Counted from the stretch's first letter, positions 46,645 through 55,709 are shown. The stretch is DNA of 64,000 nucleotides from Candidatus Saccharibacteria bacterium UBA1050 (GCA_002316545.1 DCDR01000002.1:18248-82247); one strand, 5' to 3'. Made by a program: numbers and translations. The notes: generated from the letters alone by a model not told the origin.

Positions 46645-48150
46645 TTATTCAAATCGCACGTTTGGATAAATAGCACGCGTCGTTTCGTCTATTTCGCTCT
46701 TCAGCTGAGGGAACGGTACGCCTTCGCGAGCTGTTACACCTTCAAAAATCCAAAATACCCGTTCACTGTGGCCCCAGCCACAAGCTGGAGGCATACCGTA
46801 CTCAAGCATCTCAACGTAATCTATATCAAGCATCATCGCTTCTTCGTCACCAGCATCACGCATAGCCTGCTGCTCCATGAAACGTTGTAGCTGATCGACT
46901 GGGTCATTTAACTCAGAGAAGCCGTTGCCGAGTTCGCTCCCAGCAATCACTGGTTGGAAACGTTCTACCACTCGCTCATCGTCTGGGCTGGTTTTTGCTA
47001 GTGGCGAAATAAACTTAGGGGTGTTAATCAGCCATACTGGCCCTGCTACATCCTTACGAATATTTTTCCATAGCTTATCAATTCCCCGAGCACGATTTTC
47101 GGTTTGCTCAACTTCAAGCTTGTTGTCGCCCAGGGCTTTCTTCACATCATCAAGCGAGCTTTCATACGCATCAATTCCGTAGCGGTCTTTTATTACCGTG
47201 GCATAATCCCACACTTCCCACTCACCACTCATATCAACGTCAAACTTACCTAGCTTGAATTGCAAGGTGCCGAAGGTTTTTTCGAGTACGGTTTTATACA
47301 TCTGCTCCATAAATTCACGGCCATCTTGCCAGTTTGCGTAAGCCCAGTACCATTCCATAGCAATGTGCTCTGGCAGATGTTCATCGCTGTAATTTTCGTT
47401 TCTAAAGCGTGGCCCAAGGTCGTAGACTTTTTCAAACCCCGCTCCGAGCAGGCGCTTCAGTGGCAACTCATGGCTTATGCGCAAATAAAACTGTTGGTCG
47501 TCCAGTGCGTCCATGTGGGTAACGAATGGATTGGCGTCGGCACCACCGGTAGTGTGTTCGAGCACAGGAATGTTAATTTCGGTAAAGCCATGCTCATTCA
47601 AAAAATCTCGAGTCGCTTGCCAAAACACGCTGCGACGACGAAAGCGTTCGCGCACATCGATATTGACATTCATATCGACATAACGACGACGAAAGCGTTC
47701 TTCTTTGTTCGTCAGTTCGGTAGGCATTGGTCGAAGCGATTTTGTAAGTAGTCGGAGGCTTTTTACACCAACAGATCTCTCACCAGTTTTTGTGGTAATC
47801 ACTTCACCAGTGGCTTCAATAAAATCACCCGTATCAAGCAAGTTTAGCTCGCTCATGCCTAGCACGCCAGATTCGGCTTCAAGCGGTGCAACGTCTGGAC
47901 CGTGCAAAAAGAGTTGTATTTGCCCACTTTCGTCACGCACAACAACAAAGGCCAACTTGCCAAATTTGCGCAGGCTCATTATGCGCCCCGCAACGGTGAC
48001 CGTTTGACCCACTAAATTATCGAATTGATCTAATACCTCACCCGTGTTGTGTGTGCGGTTAGCCGTAGCTGGATACGCGTCAACACCCAGAGCTTTTAAC
48101 TGCTCCAATTTGCGTAGCCGTTCGTCGCGATAATCTTGTAGAGTGGCCAT
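46645..48150 (-). CDS. lysS: Lysine--tRNA ligase, class II
   Basis: 501 aa with an OB anticodon-binding N-domain and class II motifs (YLRISHELPLKRLL, FRNE, GGWGHSERV region). Confidence 0.9.
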   Translation of the reverse strand: MATLQDYRDERLRKLEQLKALGVDAYPATANRTHNTGEVLDQFDNLVGQTVTVAGRIMSLRKFGKLAFVVVRDESGQIQLFLHGPDVAPLEAESGVLGMSELNLLDTGDFIEATGEVITTKTGERSVGVKSLRLLTKSLRPMPTELTNKEERFRRRYVDMNVNIDVRERFRRRSVFWQATRDFLNEHGFTEINIPVLEHTTGGADANPFVTHMDALDDQQFYLRISHELPLKRLLGAGFEKVYDLGPRFRNENYSDEHLPEHIAMEWYWAYANWQDGREFMEQMYKTVLEKTFGTLQFKLGKFDVDMSGEWEVWDYATVIKDRYGIDAYESSLDDVKKALGDNKLEVEQTENRARGIDKLWKNIRKDVAGPVWLINTPKFISPLAKTSPDDERVVERFQPVIAGSELGNGFSELNDPVDQLQRFMEQQAMRDAGDEEAMMLDIDYVEMLEYGMPPACGWGHSERVFWIFEGVTAREGVPFPQLKSEIDETTRAIYPNVRFE

Positions 48151-48194
48151 TTACCTTTAGTATAACGTAATTACAGGTAGGTTTGTAGGCTAGA

Positions 48195-48650
48195 TTAGCT
48201 TATGCTAACGATTTTGTAGTTGATGTCGCCTTTTGGCGTGGTTACAACGGCACTATCACCAACTTTTTTGCCCATCAAGGCGTTGCCGATTGGCGATTCG
48301 TTGCTAATTTTGCCGGCTACTGGGTCGGCCTCTACAGGTCCTACCACGTGGTATGAAACGGCCTTGTTACCAGTTTTTAGTTCAACCTTGCTACCCAACC
48401 CTACAGTAGACTTTTTGTTACCTTTAATTAGCTCTGCGTTCAGTAAAATGTCTTCAATTTCGGCGACACGACTTTCAACCAAGCCTTGTTCTTCACGAGC
48501 GGCGTCATATTCGGCATTCTCGCTCAAATCACCGTAGTCACGAGCATCAGCGATCTTTTCAGCAATTTCTCCGCGGCGCCCTTTAAGCTTCTCGAGTTCT
48601 GCCTCGAGTTCTTTCTTTCCTTCTGCGGTAATTTGATATAGTTTCTTCAT
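48195..48650 (-). CDS. greA: Transcription elongation factor GreA
   Basis: ITAEGKKELEAELEKLK..R..I...I..AR..GDLSENAEYDAAREEQG is the canonical Gre N-terminal coiled coil. Confidence 0.9.
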   Translation of the reverse strand: MKKLYQITAEGKKELEAELEKLKGRRGEIAEKIADARDYGDLSENAEYDAAREEQGLVESRVAEIEDILLNAELIKGNKKSTVGLGSKVELKTGNKAVSYHVVGPVEADPVAGKISNESPIGNALMGKKVGDSAVVTTPKGDINYKIVSIS

Positions 48651-48687
48651 TCAATTTCCTTATTTCTCTTGTCTCAAAATAGTCTTT

Positions 48688-48715
48688 TAAAAAGTGCCTT
48701 TTATCGCTTGGCACT
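48688..48715 (-). terminator. Intrinsic terminator inside the greA leader
   Basis: Minus strand: AGTGCC (48715-48710), an 11-nt loop, GGCACT (48698-48693), then TTTTT (48692-48688). It lies about 40 nt upstream of the greA ATG and downstream of the promoter at 48794-48765. Confidence 0.6.
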
Positions 48716-48764
48716 CGCATTCTCATCTGTAAAACCTGTACGCACTATGCGTAGGCTAACGCCC

Positions 48765-48794
48765 ATTGTACCAATTATTAGCCTTTGGTGTCAA
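48765..48794 (-). promoter_or_regulatory. Consensus sigma-70 promoter (TTGACA-18-TGgTACAAT) overlapping the proS stop codon
   Basis: Minus strand: TTGACA (48794-48789), an 18-nt spacer and TACAAT (48770-48765) preceded by TGg. Confidence 0.65.
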
Positions 48795-50029
48795 TGCAAC
48801 TTTGCAAGCAGCTCATCTGTTGCAAGAGTAACTTGTTCACCCGTTTTTCGCGTTTGCAGCTCTACCTGACCAGTCTCAACCAGTCGATCGCTTACGGTTA
48901 CGCGGTACGGGATTCCTAGCAGCTCAGCATCGGCAAATTTAGCACCTGGTCGTTCGTCTCGATCATCATATAGTACTTCAATTCCCTCGCTCGTTAGCTT
49001 GTCGTATAACTCGTCGGCTGCCTTTGATCCATTTTCGCCAATAGACACGAGGTACACCGTGTATGGCGCGATGTTCACTGGCCACACCAAACCTTTGTCG
49101 TCGCTCATTTTTTCGGCAATCACGCCCATCATTCGCGTCACCCCAATGCCGTAGCTTCCTATCCACAGCGACTGGCGCTTACCGTCCTTATCAGTGTAGT
49201 AAAGCCCCATTTCATCGGTCTTTTGCGTGCCAAAGTTGAAGATATTACCGCTTTCAGCAGTTTTAACCTTTTCTAGTTCATCGCGCGAAATTCCCAATTC
49301 TTTCACCGCGTCGTCAATAACTTCTTCGTTCACAGCAATGTTCTTTTCGCGGTGAAGATAGATAACGTCTTCGCCTGCATCGGTAATCGTTTGGAATTCG
49401 TGACTGAATTTCGTAAATGCGCCACCGCTCGCGAAGGTAACATACGTGTCGTCACCCACACCAAGTCGTTCATATACTCGCTTATACGCTTCAATAACCT
49501 GCTCGTAATACGCGTCGAGGTCTTCTTTGTTCGTGTGAAACGAATACATGTCTTTCATGATGAATTCGCGACCACGCATAATACCACTCTTGGCGCGAAG
49601 CTCATTACGCATTTTTGTCTGGAACTGGTATAAACTTATCGGCAAGTCTTTATAGCTTTGTACGTAATGCTTTAGCATTTCGACAATCGGTTCTTCGTGA
49701 CTCCAAGCCAAGCCCACCTCTGTTTTGTCTTGCAAGTGAGTTTTAAACCATATATCCACCGTCGATTCGTCCCACCGATGAGTCTTCTCCCATACCTCGC
49801 GTCGCTGTAAGGTAGTCATTATCAGTTCATTTGAACCAATCGCATTCATTTCTTCACGAACAATTTGTTTAATTTTTTCAACTACGCGAATACCGAGTGG
49901 CAAATAAGCGTAGGCTCCGGCCATTTCTTTGTAGACATAGCCAGCACGAATAAGAAGCTGTGCATTACGACTAACTTCGTCAGCCGGCGCTTGCTTGAGT
50001 GTTTTGGTGAATAATTTGGAAACTCGCAT
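48791..50029 (-). CDS. proS: Proline--tRNA ligase, short bacterial type lacking the INS editing domain
   Basis: 412 aa. Motif 2 is MRNELRAKSGIMRGREFIMKDMYSFH. It runs almost directly into the ..GGAFTKFSHEFQ.. region, so no ~180-aa insertion is present. Confidence 0.85.
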   Translation of the reverse strand: MRVSKLFTKTLKQAPADEVSRNAQLLIRAGYVYKEMAGAYAYLPLGIRVVEKIKQIVREEMNAIGSNELIMTTLQRREVWEKTHRWDESTVDIWFKTHLQDKTEVGLAWSHEEPIVEMLKHYVQSYKDLPISLYQFQTKMRNELRAKSGIMRGREFIMKDMYSFHTNKEDLDAYYEQVIEAYKRVYERLGVGDDTYVTFASGGAFTKFSHEFQTITDAGEDVIYLHREKNIAVNEEVIDDAVKELGISRDELEKVKTAESGNIFNFGTQKTDEMGLYYTDKDGKRQSLWIGSYGIGVTRMMGVIAEKMSDDKGLVWPVNIAPYTVYLVSIGENGSKAADELYDKLTSEGIEVLYDDRDERPGAKFADAELLGIPYRVTVSDRLVETGQVELQTRKTGEQVTLATDELLAKLH

Positions 50030-50035
50030 ACTATC

Positions 50036-50806
50036 TTATAGAGTACCAGCCATCATCGGATAGATAAAGAGGAAATAAAAGGCAATCGCGTTTTTTAGCA
50101 TATGTAGCAAAATCCCCGCATACACCGAGCCAGTAAATTCACGCAAGCTCGCGAGCACTAGCCCTAGCGCAAATGTATCGATCCCTGCTGCCCATTGAAG
50201 CACCACGCCATTCTCATCGAAGTCGCCTATTAGGTGGAGCGAACCAAACAACACAGCAGTCAGTACAACCGCCGACCATTTGTTCATTACTTTACGCAAG
50301 CTACCTTGCAGATAGCCTCTGAACAATAGTTCTTCGGCTATAGGCGCTAATACAACCAATGTTGCGAAAGCCACGAGGTATTCAAGCTGGGTGGTTAAAT
50401 CTTGAAATGGTATGCTTTGTTTCTGTTCAGGGTCGAGGCCGCTCCATACTGCACTCGCTATTAGCACTAGCCCGGCAGAAAGCAAAAAGTATGGTAAAAC
50501 CGCTAAAAATCCTAGGCCAATGTCACTCCAAGTCAGGCTTCTGTCTACACCAAGCAGCGAACGCGACACCTTTTGCCTATGGAGCAACACGGGCACACCT
50601 GTCACAATCAGAAAACTACATACGTACACGAGTGCAGCAAAAATCGTCACACTGACCGCCGCATTCACATCCGCCAAGGCTGGTATGGCATACAATATTC
50701 CGCCATAGACGAAGCTCAGTATAAATTGGACGCCCAAAAATACAGCAATCACCCAAATCGAGAGTACCAGTGCCTTTCGCGAGCTATCCCAGAAGCTTGC
50801 TGACAT
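50036..50806 (-). CDS. CPBP family intramembrane glutamic endopeptidase (CAAX protease-like)
   Basis: EELLFRGYL motif and the distal HMLKN motif; 256 aa, polytopic. Confidence 0.75.
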   Translation of the reverse strand: MSASFWDSSRKALVLSIWVIAVFLGVQFILSFVYGGILYAIPALADVNAAVSVTIFAALVYVCSFLIVTGVPVLLHRQKVSRSLLGVDRSLTWSDIGLGFLAVLPYFLLSAGLVLIASAVWSGLDPEQKQSIPFQDLTTQLEYLVAFATLVVLAPIAEELLFRGYLQGSLRKVMNKWSAVVLTAVLFGSLHLIGDFDENGVVLQWAAGIDTFALGLVLASLREFTGSVYAGILLHMLKNAIAFYFLFIYPMMAGTL

Positions 50807-51929
50807 CCGCCACCGTCACCAAAACAATTAACGTAAGCAACGCGATAAATCCGACAGTTTGAATACTCTCTTCACGCTCTTTGGTGAGTGGCTTTTTCAT
50901 CAAGCGATACACGGTCATAGTAAACCAACGTCCACCATCGAGTGCTGGTATCGGCAGGCTGTTCATTACCGCTAGGCTTAGCGATATGATTGCTGTCAAA
51001 AATAGCAGTGGTTTTATGCCTGCAGCTTGCATTTGTGGGAAGATCACGCCCAAAATGCCCACCGGTCCAGATACGCTAGAGGTGGCGTAGCTTAGTGCCG
51101 CGTCGCCTTCTTTTTTCACGGTCGAGTCTGAGCTAAATTTGCTTGCGAGTCCTTGCACGAAACTTGTCGCCACTTTGCCTAACGCCCCAAATGTCTCGGC
51201 AGTTAGCTGCACGGTCGTACCGACACCTACAACCGGCGCAGACCATGTGGCATATATTTCTTGTCGCTGGGTTGAACCAACCCCCAAATACCCCTTGTTA
51301 TCACTGTTATCTTTGCGTAGAGTTGCCTTAGTCATTGCTTCTTCGCCACCGCGAGAATAGGTAATGTCGATAGCTTTACCTTTGTTTGCTTTTGTAGCCT
51401 CAGCCAACTCAGTTGCCGATTGAATGTCTTGGCCGTTAATCAGTAGCAGCTCGTCGCCAAGTTTCAAGTCTGATTTGTCGGCCGGCGAGCCATTCTCAAT
51501 AGACGCAATCTTCAAGCTACTGCTCTCAATTCTTGTATCGCCTGGTACACTAAACTGGTTTGGTAATATCTTCGGTAGTCCAACAAATGCCAGCAAAGTA
51601 AACAGCAAGGCAGCGACGATCCAGTTCATTAGTACGCCAGCAAGCAAAATCTTGGTTTTTTGCCAGTAGGTTGCCGCCCCGTAATCACCTTTTTTATTAG
51701 CTGAATCATACTCACCTTTTAGCTTCACAAAACCGCCCAGTGGCGCCCAGTTAAGGGTAAAAAGCACTCCGTTTGATAGCTTCTTTGCCCACGCTCGAGG
51801 TGGAAAGCCAATACCAAATTCCTCAACCACCACGCCATTACGACGTGCCGCCACCGCATGTCCAAGCTCGTGTATCACCACCAGCAGCACCAAAATGATG
51901 AGGCCGGTCAATATTCCTATCAGCAGCAT
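50784..51929 (-). CDS. rseP: RIP site-2 metalloprotease RseP
   Basis: HELGHAVAA in TM1, a central PDZ region and the NSLPIPALDGG motif. Confidence 0.85.
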   Translation of the reverse strand: MLLIGILTGLIILVLLVVIHELGHAVAARRNGVVVEEFGIGFPPRAWAKKLSNGVLFTLNWAPLGGFVKLKGEYDSANKKGDYGAATYWQKTKILLAGVLMNWIVAALLFTLLAFVGLPKILPNQFSVPGDTRIESSSLKIASIENGSPADKSDLKLGDELLLINGQDIQSATELAEATKANKGKAIDITYSRGGEEAMTKATLRKDNSDNKGYLGVGSTQRQEIYATWSAPVVGVGTTVQLTAETFGALGKVATSFVQGLASKFSSDSTVKKEGDAALSYATSSVSGPVGILGVIFPQMQAAGIKPLLFLTAIISLSLAVMNSLPIPALDGGRWFTMTVYRLMKKPLTKEREESIQTVGFIALLTLIVLVTVADVSKLLG

Positions 51930-51982
51930 GTACCCTCCAAAATTTGCATCTCAATTTTCACGTTCTTACCATTATACTACTT

Positions 51983-52669
51983 TTACGAACCAAATCGCCG
52001 AGTTCGCCTCGCGTATTCGTCCAGCACTATAGCAACGTCTTCAACCGTCATTTCAGGCCAATTTTTCTCGAGGAATAACAGCTCGCTGTAGGCGGCACGC
52101 CACAGCATGAAGTTGCTTAGTCGCTGCTCTCCGCTGGTGCGAACTATCAAATCACAAGGCGGCATGTCGGCCGCGTATAAGTTTTCAGCTATCATTTCTG
52201 GTGTGATATCGGCTTCATCTACGTTTGAATGAACAATTTTTTTAACTGCAGTGACAATTTCTTGCTGACCTCCGTAGTTTAAACAAATTCCCAGCGTTGC
52301 CGATGTATTATTCATGGTCAGTTGCTCGGCTTTTTCAATGCTTTGCAGTACTGTCTCGGGCAATCCGTCACGTTCGCCAAGCAGTCGTACACGCACGCCT
52401 TTTTGCTTAAATTCGTCCATATAGCGCTCGAGTGCACTTACCACACCTTTCATAAGGTAGCTTACTTCTGCACTATCGCGGGACCAATTTTCAGTCGAGA
52501 ACGCATATATACTGACATACTTCACGCCACGCTCAAACGTGGCGTACAACACTTCTCGCAGCACTTCTTGGCCCTTTGCGTGGCCTTTTATGCTAGCTAG
52601 TCCGGCCGATTTTGCCCATCGCCGGTTACCATCTAAAATATAGCCAACATGCTGGGGTATATCAGCCAC
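51983..52669 (-). CDS. uppS: Isoprenyl transferase (undecaprenyl-diphosphate synthase)
   Basis: HVGYILDGNRRWA, and a RTSGEQRLSNFMLW motif region. Confidence 0.9.
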   Translation of the reverse strand: MADIPQHVGYILDGNRRWAKSAGLASIKGHAKGQEVLREVLYATFERGVKYVSIYAFSTENWSRDSAEVSYLMKGVVSALERYMDEFKQKGVRVRLLGERDGLPETVLQSIEKAEQLTMNNTSATLGICLNYGGQQEIVTAVKKIVHSNVDEADITPEMIAENLYAADMPPCDLIVRTSGEQRLSNFMLWRAAYSELLFLEKNWPEMTVEDVAIVLDEYARRTRRFGS

Positions 52670-53732
52670 GAGCCAAGCTTCCTAAAATTGTCTGAGCAAG
52701 CGCTTCTAGCTCTTTAGCAAATGCTTCACCCCATATATCAATTCCGTCTCGAGCCACCTTTGCAGCTACCGCAGCCTGCTTTCTGGCTTCATCACGAACA
52801 TAGTCGGCGGCGCCTGTTTGCGTTAAAATGTCTCGCACCGTTTCTAAATCTTCGGTGGTCGCTTCTCGATTTCTCAGCAGGTGCGTGAGTGTTTTGCGCT
52901 GCTCGTCATTTCCACGCTCAAGACCCTGCTGGATTAGCAACGTAAATTTACCATCGCGGATATCGTCGAGGTTTTCCTTGCCAGTTATCTCACTCTTGCC
53001 AAACAACCCATCGTAATCATCATTAAGCTGAAACGCTACGCCAGCGGCAAGCCCATAGGCTTCAGCGACTTGTTTGACACTGTCTGAGTGCTTGCCACAC
53101 AGCGCCAGACCTGCCTGTAAAGGGTTGATGAAACTATAATAGCCACTTTTTTGTTGATATTTTCGTGTTATGTCTTCAACGCTCGTGCCGCTTCGGCCTA
53201 GCTGTTGGTAGGTATCATCTATCTGGCCAAGTCCGGTTACCGCGATGTTGGTGTGAACAATTTGGCAAAGCTGCGCGTAATTTTCTGCTGTCGTATCTAT
53301 TGTTCCCAGCAGCCAGCTCGCCATGTGCTGCACGAGCAAACCTACATTTATCGCTACCATTTCCGCTTCAAATTCGCTCACTTCGTTGCCATACTTAGCT
53401 TTGTACAGTAGATGGACGGTAGGTTTACCTCGCCTTAGGGCAGATTGGTCCATAACATCATCGACGATTAGCAAGTAGTCATGCATCAACTCCACCACGC
53501 AGCCTATTTTTAGCGCATCGCGCTCAGCCACCGTATCATCGTGCATTGCCGTTGCAACCGCTAGCAACGCGCGTACCCGCTTACCAGGCCGCAAGCTGTA
53601 TTCTTCCATAGTGCTAAGCGCCCACTCGGCCTGTGGTGAGATGACACCTGGCAACACTCCACGAAACTCGCTAAAAGAATCTCGAAGTGCCTGCTCGAGT
53701 GCTGGTTTATACGACATAATCGGCTGTATCAC
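52662..53732 (-). CDS. Polyprenyl diphosphate synthase (trans-IPPS family)
   Basis: First Asp-rich motif LIVDDVMDQS and second Asp-rich region QLNDDYDGLFG; 356 aa. Confidence 0.75.
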   Translation of the reverse strand: MIQPIMSYKPALEQALRDSFSEFRGVLPGVISPQAEWALSTMEEYSLRPGKRVRALLAVATAMHDDTVAERDALKIGCVVELMHDYLLIVDDVMDQSALRRGKPTVHLLYKAKYGNEVSEFEAEMVAINVGLLVQHMASWLLGTIDTTAENYAQLCQIVHTNIAVTGLGQIDDTYQQLGRSGTSVEDITRKYQQKSGYYSFINPLQAGLALCGKHSDSVKQVAEAYGLAAGVAFQLNDDYDGLFGKSEITGKENLDDIRDGKFTLLIQQGLERGNDEQRKTLTHLLRNREATTEDLETVRDILTQTGAADYVRDEARKQAAVAAKVARDGIDIWGEAFAKELEALAQTILGSLARG

Positions 53733-53753
53733 TACTTTTTATTTTACACTAAA

Positions 53754-53782
53754 TTGACTTTTCATACCGTTTATGCTACAAT
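53754..53782 (+). promoter_or_regulatory. Near-consensus promoter TTGACT-17-TACAAT
   Basis: TTGACT at 53754-53759 and TACAAT at 53777-53782. ATG 53791 begins 9 nt after the -10 box and has no Shine-Dalgarno sequence. Confidence 0.6.
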
Positions 53783-53790
53783 AGAAATAT

Positions 53791-54042
53791 ATGGCTTCGA
53801 TACACGCCTCAGAACCCTACTCCGCTCGACACCGAGAATTGTATGATTCTTCCAAAGATCCAGCAAACGATTTTACTAACTTCGCGCGAGGAGCTGCGTA
53901 TGATCAAGCTGCCCTTCGTAAGTCTGCCGGCCTCGAAACTGGAGGCAAACATCGCAAGCCAAACGAGACTCTGGCTAGGGTCAAAAAAAGTGCTAGCGCC
54001 ACACTACGTGCTGCATTAGGACGAAATGTTCGTCCTACCTAA
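53791..54042 (+). CDS. Small basic hypothetical protein (83 aa), probably leaderless
   Basis: An ORF directly downstream of a near-consensus promoter. It is Lys/Arg/Ala-rich, and its stop overlaps the frr stop by 4 nt (convergent). Confidence 0.45.
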   Translation: MASIHASEPYSARHRELYDSSKDPANDFTNFARGAAYDQAALRKSAGLETGGKHRKPNETLARVKKSASATLRAALGRNVRPT

Positions 54043-54593
54043 ATCGTAAGGATTTCTTGTTCTTTCGTCTTGAATGAAGTATCAATCTTGGCCTGATACT
54101 CGTGCATTAACTTATCGAATTCTTTTTCAACCGCTTTTACGTCGTCTTCAGACAGCTCTTTGGCTTCTTTTTTACGTTTGGCGTCTTTTAGACCGTCTTG
54201 GCGTACATTTCTCAGGGCAATTCGACATTCTTCTACCTTATCGCCGAGTTGTTTTACCATTTCACGTCGACGTTCTTCTGTAAGTGCGGGAATAGGTACA
54301 CGCACTACTCGACCGTCGTCGCTTGGGTTGAAGCCCAAGCTTTGATCTTCACGAATCGCCGCAGCGATAGCCTGAATATTACTTGGGTCAAAAGGACTCA
54401 CCAAAAGCATTTGAGGTTCAGGCACAGTCACATTTGCTACTTGGTTCAGTGGCGTTGGTGACCCATACGCCATCACATGAATGCTTGAAAGCATATCAGG
54501 GTGTGCTCGGCCGGTACGTACTTTTTTTAGCTCTTCCGAAAAATGTTCCAGCGCTGCGTCCATTTTTACTTCATAGGGTTTAGTATCAAACAT
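54039..54593 (-). CDS. frr: Ribosome recycling factor
   Basis: 184 aa; ..ELKKVRTGRAHPDML..I.V.AYGS.TPLNQVA.V.V.. is the canonical RRF sequence. Confidence 0.9.
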   Translation of the reverse strand: MFDTKPYEVKMDAALEHFSEELKKVRTGRAHPDMLSSIHVMAYGSPTPLNQVANVTVPEPQMLLVSPFDPSNIQAIAAAIREDQSLGFNPSDDGRVVRVPIPALTEERRREMVKQLGDKVEECRIALRNVRQDGLKDAKRKKEAKELSEDDVKAVEKEFDKLMHEYQAKIDTSFKTKEQEILTI

Positions 54594-54605
54594 TATTTCT
54601 CCTCT

Positions 54606-54635
54606 TTGTCATTAGTATAGCAAAAAAGGTATACT
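54606..54635 (+). promoter_or_regulatory. Promoter of recF (TTGTCA-18-TATACT) positioned for a leaderless transcript
   Basis: TTGTCA at 54606-54611 and TATACT at 54630-54635. The A of ATG (54642) is 7 nt after the -10 box. Confidence 0.55.
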
Positions 54636-54641
54636 GATTAC

Positions 54642-55709
54642 ATGTCGATTTCAGAGGTAAAAGTTGCAAATCTTCGTTCATATGCGTTGTTTGATGCGCA
54701 GCTTGACCCACACGTCACGCTTATTTTGGGGCCAAATGGCTCTGGCAAAACCAGTCTACTGGAAGCACTGTATGTCATGTGTCGAGGTACGAGTTTTCGT
54801 GGCCGCGACCGCGACATACTAGCTCATGACCAAACCACCACTGATATTCGTCTCGATTTTTCAACCGGTGACACCAGACGAGCTCGCCTACAACTAGTTG
54901 CCGCTGATAAACTGAATAAGACTTTTACTATTGATGATAAAACCTCTCAACGACTACTTACAAAACACCGATTGCCTGTCGTCTTATTCGAGCCGGACGA
55001 GCTTCGCCTTCTATCGAGCAGCCCACAACGTCGACGGCAATTTCTCGATGATGTACTAAGCCGATTGTACCCAGCCTACGCGACGATTCTTAGCCGTTTT
55101 AATCGTGCCCTCCTGCAACGAAACGAGCTACTAAAACAGCAAGAATCTATGGATTTTGCAGTGTGGGAGAAACATCTTTTTGTGTGGGATGTAAAGTTCG
55201 CCGAGCTTGCAAGCAGTCTTGTTCGTCTGCGTCATGATTTCACTGAGTTAGCCAACCGACACTTAAGTCGCCTATATAGCAGCATGGCGAGTAAAGAACA
55301 CCGGGTGAGCATGGTGTATGAACCCCTCGGCAAACTCGATTCATACCAACAAAAGCTCCTGGCCTTACTGCAGCATTCGCATCAGCACGACGCCCTACGA
55401 GGCTTTACGTCACAAGGTCCTCATCGCGATGACTTTACCATTTTGCTCGATAATTACCCTGCTTCAGACACCGCATCTCGGGGTGAAATGCGCACAATTA
55501 TGCTGGCGTTCAAGTTGCTTGAAGTAGAGCTACAACAAGAACTAAGCAACCAAGCACCGCTTATTTTAATGGATGATGTGTTTTCAGAGCTCGATATTAC
55601 CCGTGAACGACATCTCATGCATACTCTCCAAGGCTACCAAACAGTCATCACTGCTACTGATTTACGCGATGAACTGAAAATCAACGCGAAGATTATCACA
55701 TTAAAATAA
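54642..55709 (+). CDS. recF: DNA replication and repair protein RecF
   Basis: Walker A GPNGSGKTSLLEA, signature-like region GEMRTIMLAFKL, Walker B LILMDDVFSELD. Confidence 0.9.
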   Translation: MSISEVKVANLRSYALFDAQLDPHVTLILGPNGSGKTSLLEALYVMCRGTSFRGRDRDILAHDQTTTDIRLDFSTGDTRRARLQLVAADKLNKTFTIDDKTSQRLLTKHRLPVVLFEPDELRLLSSSPQRRRQFLDDVLSRLYPAYATILSRFNRALLQRNELLKQQESMDFAVWEKHLFVWDVKFAELASSLVRLRHDFTELANRHLSRLYSSMASKEHRVSMVYEPLGKLDSYQQKLLALLQHSHQHDALRGFTSQGPHRDDFTILLDNYPASDTASRGEMRTIMLAFKLLEVELQQELSNQAPLILMDDVFSELDITRERHLMHTLQGYQTVITATDLRDELKINAKIITLK

